This document shows positions 52,644-64,000 of a stretch of DNA of 64,000 nucleotides, one piece after another. The position numbers were made by a program, and so were the translations under genes. The stretch spans positions 190,533,741 to 190,597,740 of the forward strand of contig CM041465.1 in NCBI GenBank assembly GCA_023213395.1, read 5' to 3'. Position 1 is the stretch's first letter. Every line of letters begins with the position of its first letter. Source of the stretch: Cycas panzhihuaensis (Eukaryota > Plantae > Cycadophyta). The notes beneath the pieces were generated by a model. It saw nothing but the letters and a program-made list of their open reading frames with translations. It had not been told where the DNA came from and did not search any database.

Positions 52644-55600
52644 CCCTTATTTAATCTCATTTCCTTTAAAAGATATCAATTATCATGTATTGACCATACG
52701 GTCAGTTGGTCCTATAGGGAATGCTTTAAACCTGAGCTATAAAAACAAGATTTTAACCTTTTCAGGGCCTCTCCAACAAGTTATTCTTCATCATTATGGT
52801 ATAACATATCTATCTCTTTGGTTTATATTTTTCTCTAATGAAGTAATGGTGGAATTTAATCTATATTATTCTAGCATAAAATACTAGATTCTTTGTCAAT
52901 TTGATAACACGCTAGTTGTTACAAAAAATGAAGGTAGTCTATTCTTGTTCTTATTTTAAATCCTTAAGTAGTTGTATGATCCATATTATTTTACGTGTGC
53001 CTCTTACAACTACCTTATATTTCACTTCAGTATATGATAAGGCTACCATGGGTTATTTCTTACTGCTCTAAGATGTAGTAGAAGATCTAAGTAAAAAATA
53101 ATATCCTATGGTAGACTTCCTTTCTTATCTATCTCCAACCTAATCTAAGTTACTATAACCAATTAAATAAAGATTTGAAGCTTGGAATATAGTTGAAACC
53201 TATTATTTTGAATTTCTTTAATACACCTAAAAATTCTTTTAGTAATATTACCATGAGGCAATTTTGGATGTTGCATATATCTAGAGACAACTCTAACTAA
53301 ATATGAAATATCTGGCCTTGTAGTTATGAGGTAGATAAGACTACTTATTAATTATCTACAAAATGTTTCATCCACTTGTTGTCTATCATCATCGATATTT
53401 AAAACACATCTGGTTTCCATCATGGTAGCATGAGTATTGCAATCCTTCATTATAAATTTTTGAAGAAGTTTTTTAATATATTTTACCTAGGATATAAAAA
53501 TAGAATCTTTTTATTGATTAACTTCAATACCTAAATAATAATAAAGTAGACTTATATCTATCATTTCAAATTCATTTTCTATCTATAGCTTGATTTAATA
53601 GATTGTATTTCTATCATTTCCTATAACTATCATGTCATCTACATAAATTACAATTATGGTTATTAAATTATCTTTATTTATTTTAATATAAAAACTAGAG
53701 TCTAAGTCACATCTACATAAACCTATTTGTTGTAAATCCTGATGTTATTTTGTATACCATACTCTAGGTGCCTATTTTAGTCTACACAAGGTCTTTTATA
53801 ACTTACACACAATATGTTCTTTATTATTTTTTATACAACCTATTGTCTACTACATGTATACTTTTCTAGTTAAGTCACCATTCAGAAAGACACTTTTAAC
53901 ATCAAGATATATGATGTTCCATTTAAATTATGCTACTATGGTTACGACTATTTACACAATTATCAACTTCACTATTAGTGAAATGATTTTCTTATATTCA
54001 ATACCTTCTGTTTAAGTACAACCTTTTGTTACTAGTCTTGTCTTGTATCTCTTAATTATATTATTAGATTTTTCTTCTATTCTCTATACCTATTTGCAAC
54101 TAACAATGGGTTTATCTATAGGAGCATCCTCTAATTCCTAGATCTTATTCTTCTTGATGGCACTAATTTTATCATCCATAGCCTTGTGCCATTCTAGATG
54201 ATTACATGCTTATGAATAATTCTATGGTTCAATGGAGCACATTAAACTTTGGCATCTTTATGATCTGATTCTTTATTTAAATATATTATCTCTTAATTTT
54301 TAAAGAGTCTTGATGTGATACTTGGGTAACCTTTTTATGCTTCATCGTCACTTCTTTGAAAAGATTTTTGTTTATCTTTAAAATAAAATTGATATGCTTT
54401 AGATAGAACTTGTTGTTTTGTTTTGGGATGCTTTGTTTATTTTCTTCCTAAAGTTCACTATCTGATGTATCTTTTTCTACAATAGTGACTTTAGAGATTT
54501 CTTTAACTGCTACATATATTTGTATATTCTTGTAGTCTTTCTATGTACTATTTTGTCCTTTTGATTTATCTATTCATCAAAAGTCATATCTCTACTAATA
54601 TAAATCTTGTTTCTTGTTAGATCTATATATCTATATGCCTTAGATTTATTACTATATGCAATCATAATGTATCCAATGTTTTTACCATTTAACTTAGTTT
54701 TTTCTTGTCAAGAATATGAAAACATAGGCTTTATTATCAAAGATTTTAAGGTGATTTACATCTAGTCTTCTCCCAATCTAAGCTTCTTCAGTAGTTATGT
54801 TATCCAAAGCTTGTGTAAGACTTTGGTTGATAAGGTATATTATTATGTTGACTATTTCAACCCAGTATATTTTTATTATTACCTTTTTTCTTATATACTT
54901 CATGTTATTTCCATTATTATCCTATTCATTCATTTAGCTACTCCACTTAATTATGGCATATATAGAGTAGTTACTTATTCTATATTCCATTTATTTTATA
55001 GAAGTAAAAAAAGTCATTTGACATGTATTCTCCTCCTCTATCAAATTAGAGAATTTTGATCTTTCATTCACTCTCCAATTCAACTTATGCCTTAAATACT
55101 TTAAAGTAATCTAAGACTTGTGATCTAATAAAGAGAAAGATTCAAGTTCTTCTGAAAAAATCATCAGTGAAGGTGAGAAAATACCTTACTCTATTTACTG
55201 AGTTTGGTGTTATTAGTCTACATAAATTAGTATGGACTAATTCTAAATTATTATGTGCTCTCTATGTGTTCTTATAAAAAGGAGTTCAGTGTTGTTTGCC
55301 CATCATATAACTTTTGCATACAAAAATTTCAAAGACATTTCAAGAAGACCACTCACCATATTAGAATTTTTAATAATTCTAATCATTTGTTTACAATGTG
55401 TCCATATTTAAAATGACATATTTCATTAAGGGGGTTGTTAATAATAAGAGATTTTACAAATTGAATAGGGAGAATAGGAGTGGAAATTAGTTTATAGAGA
55501 TTATCAATTTCAATTCCATATATAATTATAATCCCATTATTTTTCATGCTGCAAATATGATAAATCCTATCTTCATTAAAGATAACCTTGAGTTATTTTT

Positions 55601-57460
55601 TCTTAACTAGGATACATATAAAATATTTCTTTTTAGACCTAGAATATAAAAGACTTCTCTAATTTTTATAATTTTACCATCAATTGAGATAACAATTATT
55701 CCTTTTCCTTTAATTTATAGGGTAAATGTACTACCAAGCTCCATAATTTTGTTTAAAAAGTATAATCTTAACATTCCAAACCATTGTCTTCTTTCACTCA
55801 CATAATTATATCCTCTAGAGCCTATGTATCAATCTTTATTTTTACAGATATGTATGTATGGGGTAGTGATAAAGAATAGTTTTATTATTTTCTTCTTCTT
55901 CAATGTATTCATGGTTGTCATTTCTTTCTACTCTTTTCCCTCTCTAGATATCAGCCTATTTTTATAGATAACGATTCAAAGAGTGTCTTATTCTTCTATA
56001 ATAGTAATAGTTTGACAAATTTTGCATTCTACAATCAGTAGTAAGATGCCCATACTTTCCATAGTGGAAACATACTCTAGATTCTCTAAATGAAGATCTA
56101 CCTTTTCCTTATGACATCCATGAAGCTCTTCCTCATCCTTCAAGAGATAAAGTAGATTTGACTAAATTCTTAGTCTACCCTCTAGTATATCTATTCTATC
56201 ATCTCATTGTACATCTAAACCATCTCCTGCTTTCCAAGATTATCTTTGAGATAAATGTTTCTTTGGTATCAATTTATTTTTCATATCTTTTATTCCTTTA
56301 CTCTTGTTACAACATATGCCCCATCCAAGTATCAAAGGACATACTAGTTGTATGCCCTCCTATTGTAAGTGTGTTTACCATAGTACAAATGATTTTAAAA
56401 ATTTATTAATTATTAGGTGACAAGCTCAGAGTCAACTATAGTCTCTCTAACTAAGGCTAGGCTATTCTTAATCTCAACTATATTGGTTATAAAATTTAAC
56501 ACACTTTATCCTTTTTTGAGATGAACGTTGTATAGTTATTCTCTAAGAGACATTATTCAAGCTCCATTTTCCTAGCAATAAAGTGAGGTTAAAATTCTCT
56601 AAGCCTCTAAAAAGGTAGTGGTTGAACCTATGTGGCTTAACTCCCATATATAACATAATTACAGGCAAAGTGATTCTGTTTTTTTTTTCCTAGCTAATCA
56701 CATCCACTATATCAGTGGGTATAGCCTCCTTATCTATGACTATATCCCATGCATTCTTTGCCATTAAAATCCCTTGCATTTTCATTTTCCATATGCTATA
56801 ATTACACCCTATAAATTTATCAAACTCCTTAATAGAAAAAACTAAAGCCATTTTGACTTAGTCTATTAAGGGAATGATAAACAAAAATAAAGTACTATGA
56901 GTAGTTTATACAACTATATAACTATACAGATTTGTATGAAAATGAACAATTATATGAAATAAAAAAAAGAGGGTCTCAAAAGAAAGTTGAGATCATAACC
57001 TTCTTAGATCTATATATATTAAAAAAAAAAAAAAAACTTTAAATTATAGAAAAAGGCCTGAAAGTGGTACAATTGAAGAGGGTTTTATGAAGGAATAAAA
57101 TGCTTAGAACTCCTCAAATCTTCAATGAAATTCAACAATATTATAGTCAAATCAAAGTAGTTGATGAATCAAAGGGTTTAGGATAGGCTTTATCTAGAAA
57201 AACTAAGAAAAAACTATGATTGCAGCTTTAAATAGGTGTCCCTATAAATCTGTTATTTTTAGCTCAACAAAAATTATGAATCAATTTGGAAATGCTTCAA
57301 TCCCTAATGAGAAGATGGCTTCATTATGTTTCCAAATTTCTTGAGAATTTAGAAAAATACCATGATACCATATCAAAATAAAGAAAATGGATTTGTGAAC
57401 ATAATGCTTGAAGCATCATTATGTATATATATGACATATGTCTGACAAGTATTAAATAGA
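52644..57460 (-). mobile_element. Heavily decayed Copia element U
   Basis: Gag start 'MALVFSIKEFDKFIGCNYSIWKMKMQGILMAKNAWDIV' at 56851; integrase ~54600-55250; RT ~53200-54200 (YVDDMIV at ~53625-53645); PBS rc at 57359-57370. Right boundary inside the fused LTR is approximate. Confidence 0.8.
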
Positions 57461-58599
57461 CTCATAGCAGTTACCTAGACTCAATGTATATTTAAGAGAG
57501 ATATCTCTCTTTATGAATGCATTAATTCCTTCTATTTTGAAGGTTGGCTTCAACATGGTATTAAAGTAAGCCTCACCACTCATCTGATAAAACTCTAAGA
57601 AAATGTTTTTAGGAGGACTAAAGATAAAAAGTAGAAAACAATCAATAAAGACTTTTTAAGAGTTTATTATATGTAAATAAGGCAAAGTATGCACCTATAC
57701 AGAATAATATGAATTGGTACGAACAAGATTTTTTTAAAGTTGTCATATTAATTTGAACTTTTACCAATAAGCTAACTTCCTTATGGCCATCATTTCTTCC
57801 AACTAGCTTGACATCATTTGAAGAATATTTCAAGGAGAAAATAATGATTTTATACCCACACAATTTTAGAGAAAGATTCATTCATAAAACTTAGATTCTA
57901 ACTTCAAATTGGGTAAAATTAGTCATAAATCTTCTATTTTTAAAATACAGATCTTTTAATGCCAATTATATGGAGTTTCATGCTGAATTTTTTAAGTTTC
58001 AAGCATTTTTGTAAAAAACCCTAATTGCCTAATCTAGCCTTTCGAGGCAGTTTTCCCTCAGATGTATAAAGCTTTTGAAAAAATAATTTCACATTTGGAT
58101 TCCCACTAAAGAAAGATTTGATTTGACATAACTTTTATTCTCATTTATATAACTCCATTTTTGCAAGGAAATTCATACAAAAATTTGTACAGAAGCATAG
58201 TCAAGCATTTCTTAGTCTAGTTTTCTATTCAATGACTATCTTTGTATCTATGAAACATGTCATCTTTAATTCTAGGACTTATCAATCAATATAAATTACT
58301 AAAAAATAATTACCACATATGGAAGATTAAGATAGAAACCCTACTACAAGTAAAGAATACACAGAATCTTATAACTAGAATAGAAAAGAAGCCTAAAACT
58401 ATTAGTGATGCCTTAAATAACTAGATAGAAAGATATAACTTTGTGATAATAACATTAAAATTATCTATCTCTGACTCTCTTCTTATTTATGTGGAAAAGC
58501 TAAACTCATCCCCTAAAATTTGGAAAGTCTTTGAGAATTTATATGGTCAAAAGAATTAGGCTAGAATTATTGCCCTAAAAGAAGAATTATTTATGAAAA
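57461..58599 (+). mobile_element. 5' fragment of a plus-strand Copia element T (LTR end, PBS, leader, gag start)
   Basis: ...GGCTTCAACA followed by TGGTATTAAAGT (57556-57567). Gag-like 'KLLKNNYHIWKIKIETLL' at ~58293-58345, cut at ~58600 by the next LTR. Confidence 0.7.
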
Positions 58600-61500
58600 C
58601 GTCATGATCTATAAACATATACCCTGATTCAAGTATAGTAATCAAAATATTAACAAATATTCAATATATCAAGCAAATAATCACAACAAATAAGAATGCA
58701 AATATGTGGGTGAATTTCCCACACTGCAAACTCTCTCTTAGGTAGAGCTTCTACATTAATCATGAATTAGCATGAATGTACAAGCATGTGGGGCAATATT
58801 TATAGCCATCCACCAAGGTTATAATGCAATGGGATATGTTGACTTAACGACATAAGAGATGGAGCTGACCTCACTATCTAATATGATTAAATTATATCAG
58901 GGGTCCATTAATACATTATAAACATTAATTTACATAAAAAGAAGAAATGGAGAAGGTATTATAAAGTTGTAACTCCCCCCCTTAATAGCAACTTTATTTC
59001 TTCAAATACCAAAGTCAAATCTAAACCACTCAAACTTTAGTTTACTAAGTGCTTTAGTGAAGATGTCTGTAACTTGGTATTTAATAGGATGGTATATGAG
59101 ATCAAATTCTTCATTCTAGACATGCTCATGGATGAAGTGATGGTGGACCTCAATGTGTTTGGTTCTAGTATGGAATATAAGATTCTTTGTCATCTTCAAT
59201 ACACTCTAGTTATTACAATACAAGATGGTGGGTGATGAAGTCTACCGATGTCCAAGCTCAGTGAGAATCCTTATAAGCCAAATCAACTTGGTTTTAGCAT
59301 GGACAACTATTTTACATTCTACTTTAGTGGAGGAAATGACAACATTAGGTTGCTTCTTATAGCTCCATGAGATTACAATTGAGTTCATATTAAAACAATA
59401 GCCTAAAGTTAAATGGTATATATCCTAATCAACATCTGTATGTCCCTTTAGAATAGGTGATTCAGTCTTGTTATACTCAAGGCCAAACTGATGAGTGTTG
59501 CAAATATGTTTGAGGATCTTGATGGCTAGTTTCTAATGAGATGTTTTAGGTTGTGATATATACCTAGAGTAGATCCCTCCTGCATATGAGATTTCTGAGT
59601 AAGTATGAGTGAGATAGATGAGACTCTCAACTAACTGTCAGTATAAAGTGGGATCAAAAGGTTTTCCTTGTTTATTTAGGTTTAACTTCATTCATGTCTC
59701 CATAGGAATTAATGTAGGTTTATAATCTATCATCATAAATCTTTCTAAGAGTTCATTAGCATTCTCAGTTTGAGTTAGGAGGATGTGTCTTAGTTCTTGC
59801 CAAACTTCACTTTCAAGGAAGTAGTAAAGCAAGCCAAGGTTACTCATCTTAAAGTTGCTTTCTAACTCTAATTAGATCCAAGAAATTCTGTTTGTATTAT
59901 TACCAGTGATAGTAAGATCATCCACATTAAGTATAATGATGGTGATCAAATTATCTATAACCTGGATATAGAGATCAAGGTTAGAGGGTGAATGATTGAA
60001 TCCATATCGAGTGAGAAATGCATCTATCTTTATATACCAGGCATATGGTGCCTACTTGAGTCCATAAAGGGCTTTCTTGAGTCTATAAACTAAGCGTTCT
60101 TGTCCTAAAAGAGTATAGTTTCGGGGTTGTTTCACAAAAACCTCTTCTTAGGATCTCCATTGAGAAAAGCACTCTTCACATCTATTTGGTAAATAATCTA
60201 TCTAAATTAGGCTACTAGGGATATAACCAAACAAAATATAGTCATGTTAGCTACCTTTACAAAGGTCTCATCGTAGTCAATTCCTTCTTACTATTCAAAA
60301 CCTCTTACAATAAGGCAAGCTTTATAATGCTGTATGGTGCCATCTGCATAGAACTTTGTCTTATATAACCATCTATAGTTAATTGCTTTCTATCTAAGTA
60401 GCAATTAAGTTAGCTTCCAAGTGTTATTTTTTAAGATAGAATTCATCTCTTTATTCATAGTTACTTTCCATATTTGGTCTTTGAAACTACCTCCTCAAAT
60501 GTGGAAGGATCGAGAGTTTCAAGTACACGTTCCATAAGGGTAAATTTTGTAGAATGTCTCATCTTGGAAGGCCTCTTTGCAGCTATGGGAGGAGTAAGAG
60601 CATCCTTTAAAAGCTATTGTACCCACTTAGGATGTGGCTAAAACCTAGTGGCTTTCACTTGAAGATCATCAATTGAAATGGGAGGCAAGTTTATGCTTGC
60701 TTAAGTGGATGACAAAGAAACTTCTAGAATTGATGATGGACTAAGAGTGTAGGAGGAATCTAGTATAGGTGTCTCTAAAATTTATCTAAGGGTCACTTAT
60801 GATGCACCAACTTCATCTGTTGCTACTTTCTAAGGTTTTGGAGGCATTAATTCCTATGGTTCTTTAGCAAAGATTACATTGCGTATCATGTAAGCTTAGT
60901 TACCAATTGTTTCAAAGAATTTATAGGCTTTACAACTAGGTACATAGCTAAGGAAGATGTACTTAAGGCTCTTGTTATCAAGATTTTTTTAGGTATCCTT
61001 TGGGATATATTTATATGCCATACATCCAAATATCCTCAAGTGAGCTACAAATGGTTTTTTGCCTAACAAAGCTTCTTCAGGAGTAATGTTCCTAACTACA
61101 ACTATGAGACTTATGTTGGTTAGGTAAGCAATCATGGCAATGGCATCAGCCCAAAATCTGGTGGTAAGGTTGAAAGCATTAAGCATGGATTTTTCCTTAT
61201 TGATTAAAGTCTGATTCATCCTTTCAGTATACTATTCTGTTAGGGTGTGTAAAGAGCAAAAAATTGACATTGGATGCCATGTTCTTTATAAAAATTATTG
61301 AACTAATTTGAAATATACTCACCACCATTATTAGATCTAAGGGTCTTTATTTTCATCCCACTTCTATCTAGGGCTTGATATTTATTTCTTAAGAAATAGA
61401 TCCAAACTTTCCTTAAGAAGTCATCTATGAAGGCGATAAAATACCTACTACCATTGAGAGATTGGGTGGATATACAGCCACAAATATTAAAATGGACCAA

Positions 61501-64000
61501 CTCTAATGGTTGTCAAGCTTTCCATGCATTCATGGAAGGGAATTTTTCTCATTGTTATTTTTCCTTTAGGCAAGTCTTACATATATTTTGGTATCTCTTA
61601 ATTTTGGATAGGTCATATATGATTTTGAGCCTAGACATGAGGTTCAAGCTTTGTATATTTAAATGACCTAGGCATTGATGCCATAGGTGGTATTTGGATC
61701 TATTTATGATCACTTCATCTTTTGAACGGGAGCATTCTCCTAGTTCTTATATGTAAGGGGATGCTTCATCAATTACATCCTTCCCCTTATCAGATTGAGT
61801 AGTGTTGGACATGGAATAAGATTCATGTTGAGGAGTAGTGGTAAGGGGGATACTATCTAACCTGTATAAGCCACCATCTTCATGTCCTATGACCATAAGT
61901 TTGCCTATAGTATGGTCTATAATTCTGCAAATACCCTAGCTAAAGAGGACATATAAGTTCTACTTATCCATTTGGCTAATGGAAAGCAAGTTCATATTTA
62001 TACCAAGTACAAGGAACACATTGCTTATATGGTGTCTAATGTTGGAGTCCTTTAATGTTATTAGTGCCCTACTAATTTTGGTCATATTATAAGTCATGTT
62101 ATCTCAAAATGTGACCATTTAAGTGTTGATTGGTTGGGTTTCTTCCAGCATTTCTTTAGAACCTATCATGTATCTTATTGCACCAGAATCTAGAAGCCAT
62201 GTGGTCTCATTAAATTGTGAGGATAATGCTATAAAAAATATATTATAGGAGGAGGATTCCTAACCATCTCCCATATTACCACCTTGTTATTGATTATATT
62301 ATTAGTTCCTTTAATTCTTGATTGAGAATTATTGCCTATTTTGAGGTCTTTATCCTTGTGTGGGCCTTGGATTCCAATTCTGCTGATAGAATTAGCCTTG
62401 AAGTTGGTATGATGCCCCCTCTTATGGGTAAAAAAGGTCTTCTTGGTGTTGAACGGGACCACTTTATTGATAATAAGGGCCTTCTTATTGTAGAAAAGAG
62501 GCTCCTTGAGGAGGGCATGGTTCTCCTTATTAATAAGAAACTCCTTATCTTTGTTGATTATAACTAGGGCCTCCTTGATTATATGTGGGTGTTTCTTATT
62601 GATAAATGGGAGGTGGTTGTTGATAAATTAGCCCATATACTTGGATCCCTTGGTTTTAAAAGAGTTATAAATCAACTTATCTTCTCCTTCATTCAATAGA
62701 TAGGTGTTTAGATTTTCTATAGTAGAGGTAAGTGACATTTTGTTTGTCCTACTGATTCTTTTAAGACTATCCATGTTGTTTGATGCTATGACCATTGAGA
62801 CTACTAATTTTGATAAGAGGAGGAGGAGGTGTTAACAAGATGCTACTGAGTTAGCTACTAATATGGCTCTTATGATATAGATAAAATCCAAGAGTTGAGC
62901 TAGGTATTATTACTGACTAAGATATTGGGCTACTCTATTAACAGTCTTGCCCTTTTCTAAGTTTCAGGTTACAAAAGCGAGAGTTGAGTTAGATGTCAAT
63001 GTTACCCCTAGTCAGGTGAGTATATTCTTCTCTCAAAGCAAGAACCCCTCAAAGGTTATGAAGTCCATCTTAGAATAGTTATTATTTAAGTTGAAGACAA
63101 AGGAGTAATATTCAATAGGTAAAATGTTTATAATGGTTGAGATTATATCATGGTCAAAAGGTAGCTCACCAAGAATAAACAATTAGTTTCTAATGGTTTT
63201 GACTTTAGTTAAATGATTTGTAATGATTTTAGAAAAACGTATAGCAAATAGGTAAGCCTTGAGGGTAAGGAAACTAGATTCATCCTTTCTCTCATAAAGG
63301 GAATAAAGTATATTCTAAGCTTCATTTAAGTATTATGTTGTTTTGATATTTTGATCCACTTGGTCTTCAACCGCTAAGTGGAGGAAGGATAATGCTATGT
63401 TATCCTTAGCTTTGAAGATTGTTAAGGCTACAAGATTGGGTGGAATAGTTTTAGTAGGACCATTAAGATCTTGAGTGGGCTTAGGCATGGGTATATCCAC
63501 ATTAATGTAGGCCTAATATTCATTCATGATGAGTAAGTTTTGTACTTATTTTTTTTATGGTATAAAATTATTAATGCCATTAAGTTTGATTTTGTTAGAA
63601 AGAAGTATTTATAATGCCATGTTTGAAGGGTTTTTGTGTTTGATATATTTAAATTTTTTTATAAGATAAGGTACTAATCTACTTAAGTGGCTTCTAATCT
63701 AGGATTCTAAGGCTAAGGATCTCTAGGAAAACTCTCAGTTACTATCTTATCTAATGGCCCTTGCCCATAAGTGGCAAACTACAGACTCAATATACTAGCA
63801 TATAAGCTCAAGGGCTTGATATACCTCAGTACATAGGTTATAAAGATGGCCCTAAGATCCCCTTAATTTATTTCCCCACCTACATCGGTCCTATGCCGAA
63901 TAACAGATCTAATAGTGAGAACTTACTAACTAAGGTACTCAACCCCTAGTTCTAGCCTGGTCTCCAAACTCTAAAAGATAAAGTTTCTACCTCAGCCTAC
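58600..64000 (-). mobile_element. Decayed Copia element S; 5' LTR beyond the window end
   Basis: 3' LTR ~58600-58972 with PPT rc CTCCCCCCCTT at 58973. RNase H ~59000-59400; RT ~59400-60450; integrase ORFs 60989-61219 and 61303-61500 ('FIDDFLRKVWIYFL..LRSNNGGEY'); protease 'WLLDSGA' ~62180-62200; gag start ~63620. Confidence 0.88.

Noticed and set aside
653-62567. Plus-strand and hydrophobic ORFs in the supplied track as host genes
   Set aside because: They are antisense shadows of gag-pol or low-complexity AT-rich frames; none shows a host protein signature.

Overview
AT-rich, CpG/CHG-depleted land-plant DNA made almost entirely of nested, decayed retroelements. I found no intact host gene, RNA gene or CRISPR array. 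The composition suggests a large, heavily methylated genome such as a gymnosperm or fern; this is inference. From LTR pairs, tRNA-iMet primer-binding sites (PBS), polypurine tracts (PPT), target-site duplications (TSD) and hand-translated domains I reconstruct three Ty3/Gypsy chromovirus relics (1-7657 minus; ~14453-28136 plus; ~29342-38258 plus). There are also at least seven Ty1/Copia relics. The best supported are 14896-22491 (TSD CATAC), 29853-35132 (Tnt1/Tork-like, TSD GGTTA) and 39559-46628 (TSD TCCAA, with 39838-45997 nested inside). A solo LTR lies at 26229-26540 (TSD ATACT). Two copies of a LINE-derived unit are present. Four things stand out. (1) In both LINE copies an L1-type ORF1 (plus strand) lies tail-to-tail with the L1 ORF2/RT (minus strand). 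(2) Directly upstream of ORF1 in copy A is a ~0.7-0.8 kb CpG-retaining island (8860-9660) with a hairpin-forming tandem repeat, a palindrome cluster and clean splice signals; it is the one stretch that looks unmethylated or functional. (3) A 36-bp perfect templated filler at 38259-38294 was copied from 1822-1857. (4) A fused LTR at 57359-57567 has outward-facing PBSs at both ends. All alignments and counts were done by eye and are approximate.
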